In this document: positions 62,705 through 64,000 of the stretch, in pieces
Layout of the letters: each line of letters begins with the position of its first letter
Position numbering within the stretch: position 1 is the stretch's first letter
From: Botryllus schlosseri
Lineage: Eukaryota
DNA length: 64,000 bases
Direction: 5' to 3'
Assembly (NCBI GenBank): GCA_051294905.1
Contig: CM119371.1
Coordinates: 30,320,001 to 30,384,000 of the forward strand
Position numbers and translations under genes: made by a program
Notes under the pieces: model-generated
Seen by the model: the letters and a program-made list of their open reading frames with translations, nothing else
Database searches by the model: none
Told to the model about the DNA's origin: nothing

Positions 62705-64000
62705 TTAGTTCGCAAAAACTTGGAAATTGAATGAGATTGTATATGGGAAATGAATACAGGAAAATGCAGTTCACATCAAATCACAGTACGTGGTGCAAAA
62801 GGCCGTAAGGCGATAAGCGCCACATATTTTTGTTTAACAAACAACAACAACACGTTCGTCAAGAATAGAAAGGGCCTATGTCACATTTCATAGTTCTGAG
62901 AAAATTCAATTTAAAGATTCTTCATATTCATTATGGAAAGATCTCAAAGCCTTTTCTGTTATTAGTTCTTTGATCCTTCTCCTTGTCAATCAACTTACTC
63001 TGGGAACAAATGTCCATTTTCAAATCAATTGGCATGTCGGGTTTTTCCTCCCCGAGTGTACATAGGCCGTGATTAATTCTCATTAACATACTGGGACAAA
63101 GGCCCATTCGACTCAATATTGGGACATAGGCCCATGTGTCAATCCTTTTCAATCCATCTTTTTAGACATTATGATGCCGTATTTTGTGAACAATGACAGT
63201 TAACTACTGAAACAAACGTATTTTCGCATTTTTCAACCACAAGTGTTGTAGACAACAGGTACCGAGTTCATTGGAATGTCGCAGTTTTATAGGTCTTGAA
63301 ATTGAAGCAAGTTCAGCAACCGAAATTGAAGCAAGTTCAGCAACCACCGTTTTTGTTTTATACAAACTTGAAACTGGGAAACGACTAAAATATAGTTGAT
63401 AACATACATCATGATTTCATTTACAATTTATGGTGAAGACATTTTACCTATTCCTAATAAATCTCCTCACTGTTTCGCCTCAAATGAATATCTCTTCAAG
63501 AAGCTGTATCCGTTGTGGCTGCATAAGAGTCTTTGAATGGACTCAAGTTAGCTTGTAATTACTTTTCATGTCATGTTTTATCCTGTTGCCTTCTGCTTTC
63601 TGTTTGCTATGCTTGCTATGAGAGTGGAGTATGATAGATTCCTATTGTACGAGGGTGGAAGTCTTCTTATAGCTTCTTTTGCAATCAAAGAAACTATAGC
63701 GCAACCGGCATTAATGCTGATAGCTGGTGTTTTGAAGGTTCATTTTTCCTGGAATGATTTTAACTGCTCAGATCAATGAATGTAGTGTGTTCCTAACCCT
63801 AGCTAGATTGCTCTTTCTGTAACTGAAAAATTAGATAGCGTTCATTGTTCCACATGAGCTAAAATAAAAATTTCGATTGTCCGTCACAATGCATCAACAA
63901 TAAAATGGGCCTATGTCCAATTCCTTACTTCAAGCAAGGTGATGGAAAAGGCCTATGTCCAAGAATCTTGGACATAGGCACCTTCTATTCTCAAATGTAA

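Noticed and set aside
62870..64000. Possible further transposon with ggcctatgtcc motifs and ORF 63573-63779
   Set aside because: No recognisable protein motif, TIR pair or TSD could be established within the window.

Overview
Eukaryotic (animal) genomic DNA, not prokaryotic. Ascidian/tunicate origin is an inference from the gene family and the ~60-nt introns. The window holds two tandem, minus-strand, multi-exon paralogues of a rhodopsin-class GPCR with an LDL-receptor class A (LDLa) repeat ectodomain (GRL101/RXFP-like 7TM, no leucine-rich repeats seen). Gene B (34177-62195, 5' end beyond the window) supplies the last LDLa modules and the full 7TM. Gene A (29928 down to 13584) supplies the signal peptide and the first LDLa modules. 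I reconstructed 26 exons by hand, all with GT-AG boundaries and consistent phases. Bases 1-10876 are a near-identical copy of 13798-24656 that decays into a C-free AT-rich stretch and an N gap, most likely an unmerged contig overlap. The introns are packed with non-autonomous hAT-type elements (8-bp TSDs, often nested), tRNA-derived SINEs, a LINE 3' fragment and a foldback element. Two elements stand out. The first is a 693-bp mini LTR element with identical LTRs whose primer-binding site is a 58-nt copy of tRNA-Leu(UAG) fused directly to a Gypsy pol tail. The second is a triple-nested hAT stack whose innermost element carries a decayed transposase resembling a family I recall from oomycetes/algae. 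Almost all ORFs in the supplied track are spurious.
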